Origin: an uncultured SAR86 cluster bacterium
GTDB taxonomy: Bacteria > Pseudomonadota > Gammaproteobacteria > Magnimaribacterales > D2472
Direction: 5' to 3'
Length of the DNA: 64,000 bases
Assembly: GCA_902591925.1 (NCBI GenBank)
Contig: CACJCN010000006.1
Coordinates: 9,919 to 73,918 of the forward strand
Within the stretch, counting starts at the first letter, position 1. Each line of letters opens with the position of its first letter. This document shows, in pieces, positions 17,143-27,121 of this stretch. The notes under the pieces are model-generated. The model was not told the DNA's origin and ran no database searches. It was given only the letters and a program-made list of their open reading frames with translations. The translations under genes were made by a program, and so were the position numbers.

Positions 17143-18010
17143 TTTTGTTTTTTGAAAAAATATTAATCAGCGATGACTCCCAAGAATCAATACTAATGTT
17201 GAATGTCTTGCAAATTTTTATAGTAGACATTCTTGAATTCATTGGTCTTTTTGCTTTTGTTTTGTACTGAGAAGAATGCACCTTCTTAATAATTGTTTTA
17301 TCTTTCAAAAAACCTTTTTCGAAAGAGATATTTATGATTTTTTCTGCAAATTCTGCCCATGAAACAGAAGGATTTTGAACCAGATTATACACACCCCAAT
17401 TATCATTAATTTTTGGAAGTATTTCTATTATTTTTTTTGAAACTTCATCTGTAGATGTCGGATTACCTATTTGATCAGATACAACATCAATTTTTGTATT
17501 TAATTTTGATAGTTCTAAAATTTTTGACAAAAAATTTCCCTCAAAGTCAGAAAATACCCAACTTATTCTAATAATGAGATATTTTTCAATCGTTTTAAAA
17601 ATTTGTTCTTCGCCTTGTAATTTTGATAATCCGTATTTGTTAATTGGATTGGGTTTGTCATCCTCTGAGTACAAGTCTTTTTTTAGCCCGTCAAAAATAT
17701 AATCTGTTGAGAAATGTATTAGTGGTATATCAAATTCTTTACAAATCTTAGATAAATTGAATACGCCATCTCTATTTATTTGAAAGACTTTTTCTTCATT
17801 GTCCTCTGCATCGTCAACTTGAGTGTAGGCCGCAGTATTAATAATAATATCAGGTCTAAAATTTTTGATGACACTGAAAGAATTCTCAAAATTACAAATA
17901 TCCATTTCTCTTTTGTTAAGTGCAGAAAACACATGAATACTGCTTTTTTTTAAATTTTTTAAAAATGATTTACCGAGCTGACCGTCGGCACCGGTAATTA
18001 AAATTCTCAA
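17132..18010 (-). CDS. rmlD: dTDP-4-dehydrorhamnose reductase
   Basis: GADGQLG, HFSTDYIFDG, YGLSKLQGE, DQIGNPT, AKRP.NS. Confidence 0.95.
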   Translation of the reverse strand: MRILITGADGQLGKSFLKNLKKSSIHVFSALNKREMDICNFENSFSVIKNFRPDIIINTAAYTQVDDAEDNEEKVFQINRDGVFNLSKICKEFDIPLIHFSTDYIFDGLKKDLYSEDDKPNPINKYGLSKLQGEEQIFKTIEKYLIIRISWVFSDFEGNFLSKILELSKLNTKIDVVSDQIGNPTSTDEVSKKIIEILPKINDNWGVYNLVQNPSVSWAEFAEKIINISFEKGFLKDKTIIKKVHSSQYKTKAKRPMNSRMSTIKICKTFNISIDSWESSLINIFSKNKNEI

Positions 18011-18537
18011 AATAACTCACAAAACTTTAACCCTTTTGAATCTTTTTCAGAGATTTTAGGGTTTTCAATTTTCCAGTCTATATTTAATTTTGGATCATTC
18101 CATATAAGGGTACATTCATCATCAGGATCATAATAATCAGTGCATTTATAAATAATATTGGCATCTTCGAAGGTCACAAACCCATGGGCCAATCCAGGTG
18201 GTATCCATAACTGATGTCCATTAGACATACTTAAGTCTACCCCAATCCATTTCATAAATGTTGCAGAATTTTTTCTAATATCTACAACCACGTCATAGAT
18301 TCTTCCTTTAACAACATAAATAAGTTTTCCTTGAGGTTTGTTTTTTTGAAAATGTAAACCCCTGAGAACTCCCTTTGATGACGAAGAAAAATTATCTTGA
18401 ACAAAATTAAGACTTATTTTGGCATCATTTAAATATCTTTCTTTTTGGAAAGTTTCTAGAAAAAAACCTCTATTATCTTTATATATTTTAGGTTTAATTA
18501 ATAAACAATCTTGAATATCTGTTTTCTCAATTTTCAT
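18007..18537 (-). CDS. rmlC: dTDP-4-dehydrorhamnose 3,5-epimerase
   Basis: DNRGFF, FVQDN, GVLRGLHFQ, LWIPPGLAHGF. Confidence 0.95.
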   Translation of the reverse strand: MKIEKTDIQDCLLIKPKIYKDNRGFFLETFQKERYLNDAKISLNFVQDNFSSSSKGVLRGLHFQKNKPQGKLIYVVKGRIYDVVVDIRKNSATFMKWIGVDLSMSNGHQLWIPPGLAHGFVTFEDANIIYKCTDYYDPDDECTLIWNDPKLNIDWKIENPKISEKDSKGLKFCELF

Positions 18538-18547
18538 AATTAATCCG

Positions 18548-19438
18548 TCATATTTTATTTAAAACATTCTTAAGATGTAAGCCATAATTATTTGAAGGAT
18601 ATATATCAATAATTTTTGCAAATTGTTCTCTAGTAATCCAATTATTTTTAAATGCTATTTCCTCAATACAACCAACTTTGAATCCATGTCTTTTTTCAAC
18701 AGCCATAATAAAATTCGATGCCTCTAGTAGGGCATTAGGAGTTCCAGTATCAAGCCATACGAAGCCTTCACCAAGATTATTTAATCTCAATAGATCTTTT
18801 TTTAGATAGGACAAATTTATATCAGTAATTTCCAACTCTCCTCTTCTTGAGGGCTTTAGGCCTTTTGAAATTTTAATCACATTATTATCATAAAAATATA
18901 AACCAGTTATAACTTGATTAGATTTTGGTGAACTTGGTTTTTCTTCAATTGATAGAATTCTATCGTTATTGTCTAACTCAACAACTCCAAAGTCTTGAGG
19001 ATTATCTACAACACATGAAAAAATTGTGCCACCAGAATTAAAACTTGTAGCTTTAATTAATTTTTCTTGAAAATTATCACCATAAAAAAGATTATCACCA
19101 AGTATTAAGGCTACATTTTTATTTGAAATAAATTCTTCACCGATAATAAATGCTTGAGCTATTCCTTCTGGTTTTTCTTGAACTTTATATGATATTTTTA
19201 TTCCTAAATTGCTTCCATTGCCAAGCAGTTTTTTATAAATAGGCATGTGATCAGGAGTAGAAATAATTAAAATATCTCTTATCTTGGCCATCATTAATGT
19301 TGACAAAGAGTAATAAATCATAGGCTTATCGTAGATAGGAATTAATTGTTTGGATATTGCAAAAGTTGAAGGAAACAGTCTAGATCCGCTTCCACCAGCC
19401 AAAATAATACCTTTAAACAAATCATTACTATTCATCAT
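18548..19438 (-). CDS. rmlA: Glucose-1-phosphate thymidylyltransferase
   Basis: GIILAGGSGSRL, SKQLIPIYDKPM, LGDN, EKP, RGELEITD, WLDTGT. Confidence 0.96.
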   Translation of the reverse strand: MMNSNDLFKGIILAGGSGSRLFPSTFAISKQLIPIYDKPMIYYSLSTLMMAKIRDILIISTPDHMPIYKKLLGNGSNLGIKISYKVQEKPEGIAQAFIIGEEFISNKNVALILGDNLFYGDNFQEKLIKATSFNSGGTIFSCVVDNPQDFGVVELDNNDRILSIEEKPSSPKSNQVITGLYFYDNNVIKISKGLKPSRRGELEITDINLSYLKKDLLRLNNLGEGFVWLDTGTPNALLEASNFIMAVEKRHGFKVGCIEEIAFKNNWITREQFAKIIDIYPSNNYGLHLKNVLNKI

Positions 19439-20577
19439 TTTTTTAAAGAAGAATATATTTCTAATATTTTATTTGCTGTGACATCCCAATCGTCAATCTT
19501 GCGAGCTAAATCAGAAATTTTTTGACTCATATTTACTAAATAAAATTTATTCTCAATCATTTTTTCTATAGTTAAAGACAGAGCCTTTTCGTTTGCTGAA
19601 TCGAACAAATATCCCATTTCATTTTCAATAATTAATTCACTAAAACTTCCAATATCTGAAGCTATTACAGGAAGATTATACTCAAATGCATCTGCTAACA
19701 CACCACTTCCATCAATATGCAAATATGGCAAAACAACCAAATGTGCATTTTCAAATAAATCTTCTTTGGTGTTTTCGTCGATCCAACCAAAATTAAAATT
19801 AACATACTTGCCTAAATTATACTTTTTGGAAATTTCTAAGATGGAGTTCCTTTTAACTAATAACTTACCAGCAATATTTATATTTAATTGACTTAGAATA
19901 TTCTCATCTAAAAATCTTAATGATCTTAAAAAAATATCTACCCCTTTATACTTATTAATAATTCCAAAATATAAAATATTAATTTTTTTTCTATCTAAAT
20001 CACAATATTTTTTAGAATTAATCTTGCGGACTTTATTAAATAAAGGGTGATGAATTATAAAAATATTATCACTTCGTATATCATAATCATCCTCAAGTAC
20101 TTTTTTACTGTATGACGAGTGCACGATGCATAAATCATAATTTCTTATTAAAGATTTGAATCCAATTCTTTGTAAAAAATTGGCGCCTCCATGAAATGAC
20201 AATGTATTATGAATTGTGCAGATCACTTTACATTTTCTTTTATAAAGTTTTAAGAAAATATTATCAATCCACGGAAGTGGAGATATTTGAAAATGAAGAA
20301 TATCTACCTTATAAAAATTTACATGAAATAAAAGTCTTATAAGTCCAATAAAATGATTAATACCCTTAAGAAATTTCATTAAAGATCTCAAGTGCATTGA
20401 ATCGAATTTAGGTAACGGTAATGTTCCAAAAAAATTTAGATAGTATTTTTGTATATCCTGATCATCCTTTTTAGAGCATACAAGCTTAATTACGCAATCT
20501 TTTTTTATCAGAGAATCGCAAAGTAATTTCGTATACTGCCATGTTAGGCAGGCGCTATCAATAATTAATATTTTCAC
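19435..20577 (-). CDS. Glycosyltransferase family 4 (GT-B)
   Basis: FGIINKYKGVD, VVLPY...SGVLADAF...PVIASDIG. Confidence 0.85.
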   Translation of the reverse strand: MKILIIDSACLTWQYTKLLCDSLIKKDCVIKLVCSKKDDQDIQKYYLNFFGTLPLPKFDSMHLRSLMKFLKGINHFIGLIRLLFHVNFYKVDILHFQISPLPWIDNIFLKLYKRKCKVICTIHNTLSFHGGANFLQRIGFKSLIRNYDLCIVHSSYSKKVLEDDYDIRSDNIFIIHHPLFNKVRKINSKKYCDLDRKKINILYFGIINKYKGVDIFLRSLRFLDENILSQLNINIAGKLLVKRNSILEISKKYNLGKYVNFNFGWIDENTKEDLFENAHLVVLPYLHIDGSGVLADAFEYNLPVIASDIGSFSELIIENEMGYLFDSANEKALSLTIEKMIENKFYLVNMSQKISDLARKIDDWDVTANKILEIYSSLKK

Positions 20578-21512
20578 TTTAGAGTTGATATTTTATCAAG
20601 CCATATTTTTGAAGAACTCCTAAATATACTTGCTTTAGACGAAAAGTTTCTGTTGAAAAATATAAAAGATAACGATCTGAGAATTAAATACATTTTAATA
20701 TTATGTGTCCATTCAAGGATAGCAAAAAACTTTAAATTTGTATTTGGACAATTTAACTTTACAAAGAGTAATTTGCTTTTTACTAATAGGTTCTGAAAGT
20801 AATCTCTTTTATCAGAAATTTTAGAAGAGCTGCCTCCTCTAGTATGAAAAATTTTTGCGCCAGGTTCGAATACTAATTTCCAATTTTTTTGCTTTAATCT
20901 AAAAGCAAAATCTGCCTCTTCAGCATAAAAAAAATAATCCTCATTAAATCCATCCACATCTCTAAAAGCAGAATTTCGGACTAAAATTGCCCCTCCATCA
21001 AGATAATTTACAAATTTTATTTTTTTATTGTCAAAATACTTTAACTTAATGCGTTCAAATAAATTAATTAAAGAAGTTATAAAAAACAAATTATATAAAG
21101 CATCTCTAATGCCAGGAAAATTTCCATAACTTCTTTGCCAAGAATCATCATCATTAATTTGTTGGCCTCCTGCAGCTGCTATAGTGTCATCAGATTCAAT
21201 TATTTGTCTAAGAATATTAAGAGAGTCTAATTTAAAAATTGTATCTGGATTTGCAATCAAGCAATATTTCTCAATAATTTCATTCATGCCAATATTAACT
21301 GCTTTTGCATATCCAAGATTACTTGAGTTTTTAATAACTTTAATCATGGGAAAATTTTTTTCCACTATTTCGACAGTATCATCCTCAGAATCATTATCAA
21401 CAACAATTACATTGCCTATATTTTCTGAATTATTGATTATTAATGATTTAAGACAATCGAGAATATAACTATTGCAATTGTAGGTTACAAGCACAATACC
21501 AATATCTTTCAT
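20574..21512 (-). CDS. Glycosyltransferase family 2 (WbbL-like, possible rhamnosyltransferase)
   Basis: VLVTYN, VVDNDS.D, NLGYA.A.N.G, NPD, FFYAEEAD, H..GGSS. Confidence 0.85.
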   Translation of the reverse strand: MKDIGIVLVTYNCNSYILDCLKSLIINNSENIGNVIVVDNDSEDDTVEIVEKNFPMIKVIKNSSNLGYAKAVNIGMNEIIEKYCLIANPDTIFKLDSLNILRQIIESDDTIAAAGGQQINDDDSWQRSYGNFPGIRDALYNLFFITSLINLFERIKLKYFDNKKIKFVNYLDGGAILVRNSAFRDVDGFNEDYFFYAEEADFAFRLKQKNWKLVFEPGAKIFHTRGGSSSKISDKRDYFQNLLVKSKLLFVKLNCPNTNLKFFAILEWTHNIKMYLILRSLSFIFFNRNFSSKASIFRSSSKIWLDKISTLK

Positions 21513-21521
21513 AAAATAATT

Positions 21522-22358
21522 TTATACCTTTATTTTTCTTATAAATGGAAAAATTTTAAGGATAAAAGGAGCTACTTTTTTGAATAGCCTGTATTTTTTT
21601 AATTTATTACTAATATTGAATAATATTGAATTTAACGAGGATCTTTTCCTAAAAATCATTAAGTCATTTTCAAAAAATTTCATTTGATTTATAAAATAGT
21701 TATTATCTTTACAAAAATTTTCAAAATCATTTTTTACTAACATCTCTTTATAGTTATTAACTTCAGTTTTTTTTATGATTATTAACTTATTAAAACAATA
21801 TATCCATGGCACAAAATCTTCATTTTCAATTAAAAATCTACACACTCCTTCTGAAACTCCTGGAAAACCGGCATTAAAATAATCATCGACTGCGATAATA
21901 CCTTCATTAAGTAACGCATTCTTAGCTGTTAACAAGTCGTTATATGTCTCATCGGCGCTATGGCCACCATCAATACTAAAAAAAATACAAGAATTTGAAG
22001 TGTCACCAACAGAAAGTTCTCGACTAGGTTTTTCAATAATTTGTAATCCGCCATCCGAATTAAAAAATTTTAAATAATTTTTTTTGAAAATTTCTTTTGA
22101 GCCAAGACCAGAATTTGAAATATTTAATTCTTGTTGATCAAAAATATCATTGACTATAAGCTTATGTTTTTTTGGATCGATAAAAATTCCTAGCAACAAT
22201 GCAGATTTTCCATGATGGACTCCAATTTCAAAGATATTTCCAAATAGACCTTCTTCCCTTTGTAAGTTATTTAAGAAGTAGAAAATCCTAGCAGCATCTT
22301 GGTCAAACCAACCATTAATTGCCTTTGATATATTTAAATATTCTTCAAAACTTTTCAT
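21522..22358 (-). CDS. Class I SAM-dependent methyltransferase (Methyltransf_24-like)
   Basis: FEIGVHHGKS, IDGGHS..ETYNDL, GIIAVDDY. Confidence 0.8.
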   Translation of the reverse strand: MKSFEEYLNISKAINGWFDQDAARIFYFLNNLQREEGLFGNIFEIGVHHGKSALLLGIFIDPKKHKLIVNDIFDQQELNISNSGLGSKEIFKKNYLKFFNSDGGLQIIEKPSRELSVGDTSNSCIFFSIDGGHSADETYNDLLTAKNALLNEGIIAVDDYFNAGFPGVSEGVCRFLIENEDFVPWIYCFNKLIIIKKTEVNNYKEMLVKNDFENFCKDNNYFINQMKFFENDLMIFRKRSSLNSILFNISNKLKKYRLFKKVAPFILKIFPFIRKIKV

Positions 22359-22385
22359 AATTTATATTAAAACCCCGCTATCATA

Positions 22386-23249
22386 TTACACACAATTATC
22401 TTTAAGTTTTTGTTTTTTATGTAATTTTTTTATATTTAAAAGACTTAAACAGCTTCTGAAAGCAATTTTAAATATTTCATCATTTTGATTTGATGTATTT
22501 ATAATATTTTCAATAGCCGTATTAATTAAGTTATACATAGGTTTTGAAGAGAATATTTTCTCATCCTCTTTAAAAAAATATTTTGAGTTATCATTGTTAT
22601 AAAAAATTATTTCTCTTTTCTTTTTATCAAAACCATTACCAGTTAATATCTTGATATCGATGGATGATTTATCTTTTAAATGAATGAACCACTTCTCTCC
22701 GATATTATTAACTTCTTTTAATATCTTTTCATAATGAATATCATTTAAAAAATAGTTTGCTATTCCAAGTGAATGAGGACCCCAGTCAAAAATAGGTTCA
22801 ATAAATTCTCTATACGGTCCTTTGCCGTAATCATAAATATGTATTTTTTTAATAGTCTTCTTATTAAGGTTATTAAGTATTTTTAAAAAATCATTTGAGA
22901 AAAAATGAAAATGATTAATAAGCATTCTCTTTGACTTTAATGAGTTTAGACTTTTATAAAAAGATTTCTCAGCCGAAGAGGTAAATAATGGTTTTTCTAA
23001 TATTAATTGTCCTTTAAATTCTTTTAGAGCTCTAACTATTTCGATTTGAACACTTGGAAGTGTTGATATGATTATTACTTGAATTTTGTTATTTTTTATA
23101 ATTTCATCTAAATAAAAAGACGGATTAATAGTTTTTTCGAGTATGTGTCTTGCACTTATATGGGAAGCTAAATTAGCTTTTGGATGAGATTTGATTGTAT
23201 TTAAATAATTCTTAGACCAGTGTCCTTTTCCAATAACAAGGAAGTTCAC
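22386..23249 (-). CDS. Gfo/Idh/MocA-family oxidoreductase
   Basis: N-terminal IGKGHWS Rossmann motif, LILEKPL, DWGPH; GTG start. Confidence 0.7.
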   Translation of the reverse strand: MNFLVIGKGHWSKNYLNTIKSHPKANLASHISARHILEKTINPSFYLDEIIKNNKIQVIIISTLPSVQIEIVRALKEFKGQLILEKPLFTSSAEKSFYKSLNSLKSKRMLINHFHFFSNDFLKILNNLNKKTIKKIHIYDYGKGPYREFIEPIFDWGPHSLGIANYFLNDIHYEKILKEVNNIGEKWFIHLKDKSSIDIKILTGNGFDKKKREIIFYNNDNSKYFFKEDEKIFSSKPMYNLINTAIENIINTSNQNDEIFKIAFRSCLSLLNIKKLHKKQKLKDNCV

Positions 23250-23254
23250 TATTT

Positions 23255-24310
23255 TTAAAATTCCTCCACCCAGTTTATTAAGCGTGAAACACCATCTTTC
23301 AATTTTACTATTGGTTTGTAGTTTAAATCATCAATTGCTTTTTGAATAGATGGGCATCTTCTGCTTGGCTCATCTTCTGGATAATTATCAGGATATTCTT
23401 TAATCTGAACATTGACCTCTCTAGGATGCACATCAACAAAAATATTTGCAAGTTCTAATGCAGATACTTCTGGCTCAGGATTACCTATATTGTATGCCTC
23501 TCCAGATATGCCATGTAAAAAAACTTTTATAAATCCAGTAATTGCATCAGTTATATAGCAATATGTTCTTGTTTGTTTTCCAGAACCATAAACTTCCAAA
23601 GATCTACCCTCTTTTGCATTAAAGGCAAAATTAGGCATTACACGATAGTCAGTTTTTTGCATACCAGGCCCAAAAACATTAAATGGCCTAATAACATTTG
23701 TATGCACATCCTCATAATTATTATAGACATATGCCAAAGTTTCTCCTGCGCGTTTACTTTCATCATAGCAGGACCTTGGCCCCATTGAACTCACATATCC
23801 TTTATATGATTCTTTTACTGGAATATTTTGTAAGTCAGGATCACCATAAATCTCACTTGAGCTAAAAAAAATATATCTAGAATTTTTAAGTTTAGCTAGT
23901 TCAAGAAGTGATTTTGAACCATTTATGGCAACATCAAAGGTCTGCATAGGTCTCAATTTATACTGAGCAGGACTAGCAATTCCAGCTGCATGAACAACAA
24001 AATCAATATTATCTTTAATATCAAATGATTGTAACTTTGACAGATCTAATTTTTTAAATGAGAACCATTTCTCATCATAACTCTCAATATATTCTCCAAG
24101 TAAGCCTGATGATACAAAATTGTCTACTCCAATTATTTTTATATTTGAACCATTTACAAGATTGGTTTGATTGAGAGTCTCTAAAAAATATCTTCCAAGA
24201 AACCCAGCAACGCCAGCAATAAAAATAGTTTTGTTCTCAAGAAATTTAATATCATCTTGAAGATTTTCACAAATTTCTTTTATGTCCTGATCCAAAAAAA
24301 ATGATTTCAT
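23255..24310 (-). CDS. NAD-dependent epimerase/dehydratase, UDP-glucuronate decarboxylase-like
   Basis: GVAGFLG, SSSEIYGDP, GPRSCYDESKRAGE, GKQTRTYCY. Confidence 0.8.
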   Translation of the reverse strand: MKSFFLDQDIKEICENLQDDIKFLENKTIFIAGVAGFLGRYFLETLNQTNLVNGSNIKIIGVDNFVSSGLLGEYIESYDEKWFSFKKLDLSKLQSFDIKDNIDFVVHAAGIASPAQYKLRPMQTFDVAINGSKSLLELAKLKNSRYIFFSSSEIYGDPDLQNIPVKESYKGYVSSMGPRSCYDESKRAGETLAYVYNNYEDVHTNVIRPFNVFGPGMQKTDYRVMPNFAFNAKEGRSLEVYGSGKQTRTYCYITDAITGFIKVFLHGISGEAYNIGNPEPEVSALELANIFVDVHPREVNVQIKEYPDNYPEDEPSRRCPSIQKAIDDLNYKPIVKLKDGVSRLINWVEEF

Positions 24311-25518
24311 TATTTAATTTGTTTTGGTGGAATTGGTTGATAGTGAGGAATCCCAAGTTGCTTTGTATACTCAAAAATTGATTCAATGTACTCATAAGCA
24401 AAAACTACTAATAAATCTGGCTTTTCTTTTAAAAGGTGGTCCTTGTTAACAATTGGAATATGCATGCCAGGACTATACCTACCAGCTTTTAAAGGACTAT
24501 CATCCACAACATATTTAATTTTATTAATATCAATGTTTGCAAAATTTGTAATTGTGGCTAGCCTTGCGGGGGCTCCATAACCGGCAATTGTGAGGTTATC
24601 TTTATTCAGTAAATCAACTAAATCTTTTGCATTTTTTTCAATTTCTTTTTGAAAATCATTTACATTGCTACTTTTAAAGAAATTTCTTTCAAGTTCAAGG
24701 AAATTTTTAACTGAATCATCAATTTTTAAATTATGATCTCTTTTCATGAATGATAGTCTTAATGATCCTCCATGAGGTGATATTTCTTTTACATTTGTAA
24801 GCACTAAATTATTTTCTTCAAAAATATTCTTCATTGAAGTTACGGAATAATAGAATGGCCTATCAAAATAAAATCTTTCAAACTGACATTTCTTGACGAG
24901 ATTGAGTAAATACTCAATTTCAATAAAAATTTCTCCATTATTAGAAATGAGATACTCCAAAGATTCTATGAAATCTTTTGGTTTTTCTAAATGAGTAAAG
25001 ATGCTTGAAGCTACAATTGCATCAGGCTTTCCATAGTTTTCTTTAATATATTTTGCTGAATCCATATTAAAAAAATCTACAATAGTCTCCAATCCTTCAT
25101 TATTAGCAATTTCTCCAACATTTATAGAGGGATCAATGCCAAGGCATTTAACATTATTATTCTTCAGAGGCCTAAGCAAGATACCATCATTAGAACCAAC
25201 ATCTAGAACAAAGTTAAAATCTAATAGATCTTTTGCAAAATCATCAAAATGTTTATTAAGCTCAGCATTTACAGAAGAAAGATAGTAGTAGTCCTCAAAC
25301 ATTTCAGATCGATCTATCATCTCATTTAGCTGTCCACAAAAACAATTTGAACAAATGAGTGCTTTTAAATGCCAAAATTTTTCTTTTTTAAAAGCATCTT
25401 TATTTGCAGGATATTTATTTGCAAGAGGTTGATTACCAAGATCTGCTAACACATTACAATCTGATCCGCATAGTTCACATTTTTTTTCAGTAGATTTTTT
25501 TTCTGGAATTACTTTCAT
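24310..25518 (-). CDS. NDP-hexose C-methyltransferase (Zn-binding N-terminus, class I SAM)
   Basis: CELCG..DLG.QPLAN, C..CFCGQL, DVGSNDG, FERFYFDR, HGGSLR, GYGAPAR, VDDSPLK.GRY.PG.HIPI. Confidence 0.85.
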   Translation of the reverse strand: MKVIPEKKSTEKKCELCGSDCNVLADLGNQPLANKYPANKDAFKKEKFWHLKALICSNCFCGQLNEMIDRSEMFEDYYYLSSVNAELNKHFDDFAKDLLDFNFVLDVGSNDGILLRPLKNNNVKCLGIDPSINVGEIANNEGLETIVDFFNMDSAKYIKENYGKPDAIVASSIFTHLEKPKDFIESLEYLISNNGEIFIEIEYLLNLVKKCQFERFYFDRPFYYSVTSMKNIFEENNLVLTNVKEISPHGGSLRLSFMKRDHNLKIDDSVKNFLELERNFFKSSNVNDFQKEIEKNAKDLVDLLNKDNLTIAGYGAPARLATITNFANIDINKIKYVVDDSPLKAGRYSPGMHIPIVNKDHLLKEKPDLLVVFAYEYIESIFEYTKQLGIPHYQPIPPKQIK

Positions 25519-25574
25519 TTGTGTATGCGATTTTTTAATGACTATATGCGAATTCTTTAATAAAGTCGACTAAA

Positions 25575-26537
25575 TTATAATTTAGATCTATCAAAATAAC
25601 CTTTCACAATTTTAAATACATCAATTGCATCAATTGAACAATAACATGGATATTCAACTAGTTTTTCGTAATACTTTTCTGCAATTGGATCATGCATTTT
25701 ATTTATTTCTTTAAAACATTTTTTTGGTGAGTAGTCTCCTCCATGCACATAAACAAACTCTTCAGTTAGATAACTTTTAGCATAATATCCACAAAACTTT
25801 TTAGGATTTATTTTTACAGTAATGTGCTTTTTAGATTTATCTTTTATAAATTCATTTTGTGAAAACTCCGGCATGTCCCACTTAGGATTAAAAGCACAAC
25901 TTATTCCTATAGTAGGAATGCCAACAGCAACAGCCCCATGAAGATTTGCAGAAATACCACCCAAATATAGGTCACATTTAGAAATAACCGCTGCAGCCTG
26001 TCTTATATTAAGTTGTTTATTATTAATTTTCATACTGTGACCTATTTCGATTAAATTAAAATCTTTGATAAGCATCTTCTTTAATTTTATAACTTCAGTT
26101 TCATTCCATTTTCTTTCAAAGTCTTCTTGGATTGCTATATTCTTTTTTTCTTTGTTGTAGCTTTGGCATTGATCTAAATAGTTATCTGCTAGAGACAAAT
26201 CTTTTTCAGTCAAATATAGTTTTGTTTTGAAGTTTTTTCTTTCTAATCCAACATCCGCCATAAAACTTTGTAACATGTTTGCTTGTGGAAGCCAGTGCTT
26301 AAGATGAAATGATTTATCATAAAATTTTTTTACTATTTGAAAATATATTTTTTCAAACCTTTTTGGTAAATGTCTTTCATAAGATACATCGATATATGGA
26401 TTTGTTTCAGTTAGTGCTTTATGAGATGTTATATATGTTATTTGTGAATCTGGATAAGTTTTTTTGAGTTGCTTCGCAGCAGTTGTTCCTAGGATAATAT
26501 CTCCAAACATTCTTGGTTGGAAAATCAATATTCTCAT
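25575..26537 (-). CDS. Glycosyltransferase family 9 (heptosyltransferase-like)
   Basis: RMFGDIIL, AAVISKCDLYLGG.SA.LH.AVAVGIPTI, Cys-rich C-terminus. Confidence 0.7.
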   Translation of the reverse strand: MRILIFQPRMFGDIILGTTAAKQLKKTYPDSQITYITSHKALTETNPYIDVSYERHLPKRFEKIYFQIVKKFYDKSFHLKHWLPQANMLQSFMADVGLERKNFKTKLYLTEKDLSLADNYLDQCQSYNKEKKNIAIQEDFERKWNETEVIKLKKMLIKDFNLIEIGHSMKINNKQLNIRQAAAVISKCDLYLGGISANLHGAVAVGIPTIGISCAFNPKWDMPEFSQNEFIKDKSKKHITVKINPKKFCGYYAKSYLTEEFVYVHGGDYSPKKCFKEINKMHDPIAEKYYEKLVEYPCYCSIDAIDVFKIVKGYFDRSKL

Positions 26538-26541
26538 TTAA

Positions 26542-27102
26542 TTAATATTTTGAGTCTATGTAACTACATATAATGTGGCCAATTGTAATATGCATTTCTT
26601 GTATATGAGCAGTTACATTTGAAGGAACAACTATTGAATGACCGGCAAGACTTTTTGCAACTCCGCCATCTTTTCCAAGAAGACCTACAGTAATGCATCC
26701 TAGTTGATTGCTAGTTTTTATAGCATTAATGATATTTTTACTATTTCCGCTTGTGGAGATAGCAATTAATATATCTTTTTCATTTGCAAGAGACTCTATT
26801 TGTCTAGAAAATATATTTTCATATCCATAATCATTTGAAATAGCAGTCATAGCTGAGGTATCAGTATTAAGAGCTATTGCCGGTAATCCTTTCCTTTCTT
26901 TTAAAAATCTTCCAACAAATTCTGCAGCTATGTGCTGAGCATCTGAGGCACTACCTCCATTACCACAAATTAATAATTTTCCACTTTGATCTAAGCATTG
27001 ATATATTTCCAAGCATACTTCTTCAATGATTGTTGATTGATCAAGTAATTCTATAGCTACCTTAGAATGTTGATCAATGTGATTAGAGATAAGTTTATTC
27101 AT
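26542..27102 (-). CDS. gmhA: D-sedoheptulose 7-phosphate isomerase
   Basis: CGNGGSASDAQH, TAISNDYGY, ISTSGNS.N, HIQEMH. Confidence 0.95.
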   Translation of the reverse strand: MNKLISNHIDQHSKVAIELLDQSTIIEEVCLEIYQCLDQSGKLLICGNGGSASDAQHIAAEFVGRFLKERKGLPAIALNTDTSAMTAISNDYGYENIFSRQIESLANEKDILIAISTSGNSKNIINAIKTSNQLGCITVGLLGKDGGVAKSLAGHSIVVPSNVTAHIQEMHITIGHIICSYIDSKY

Positions 27103-27121
27103 AATACTAATTATAGAGATT

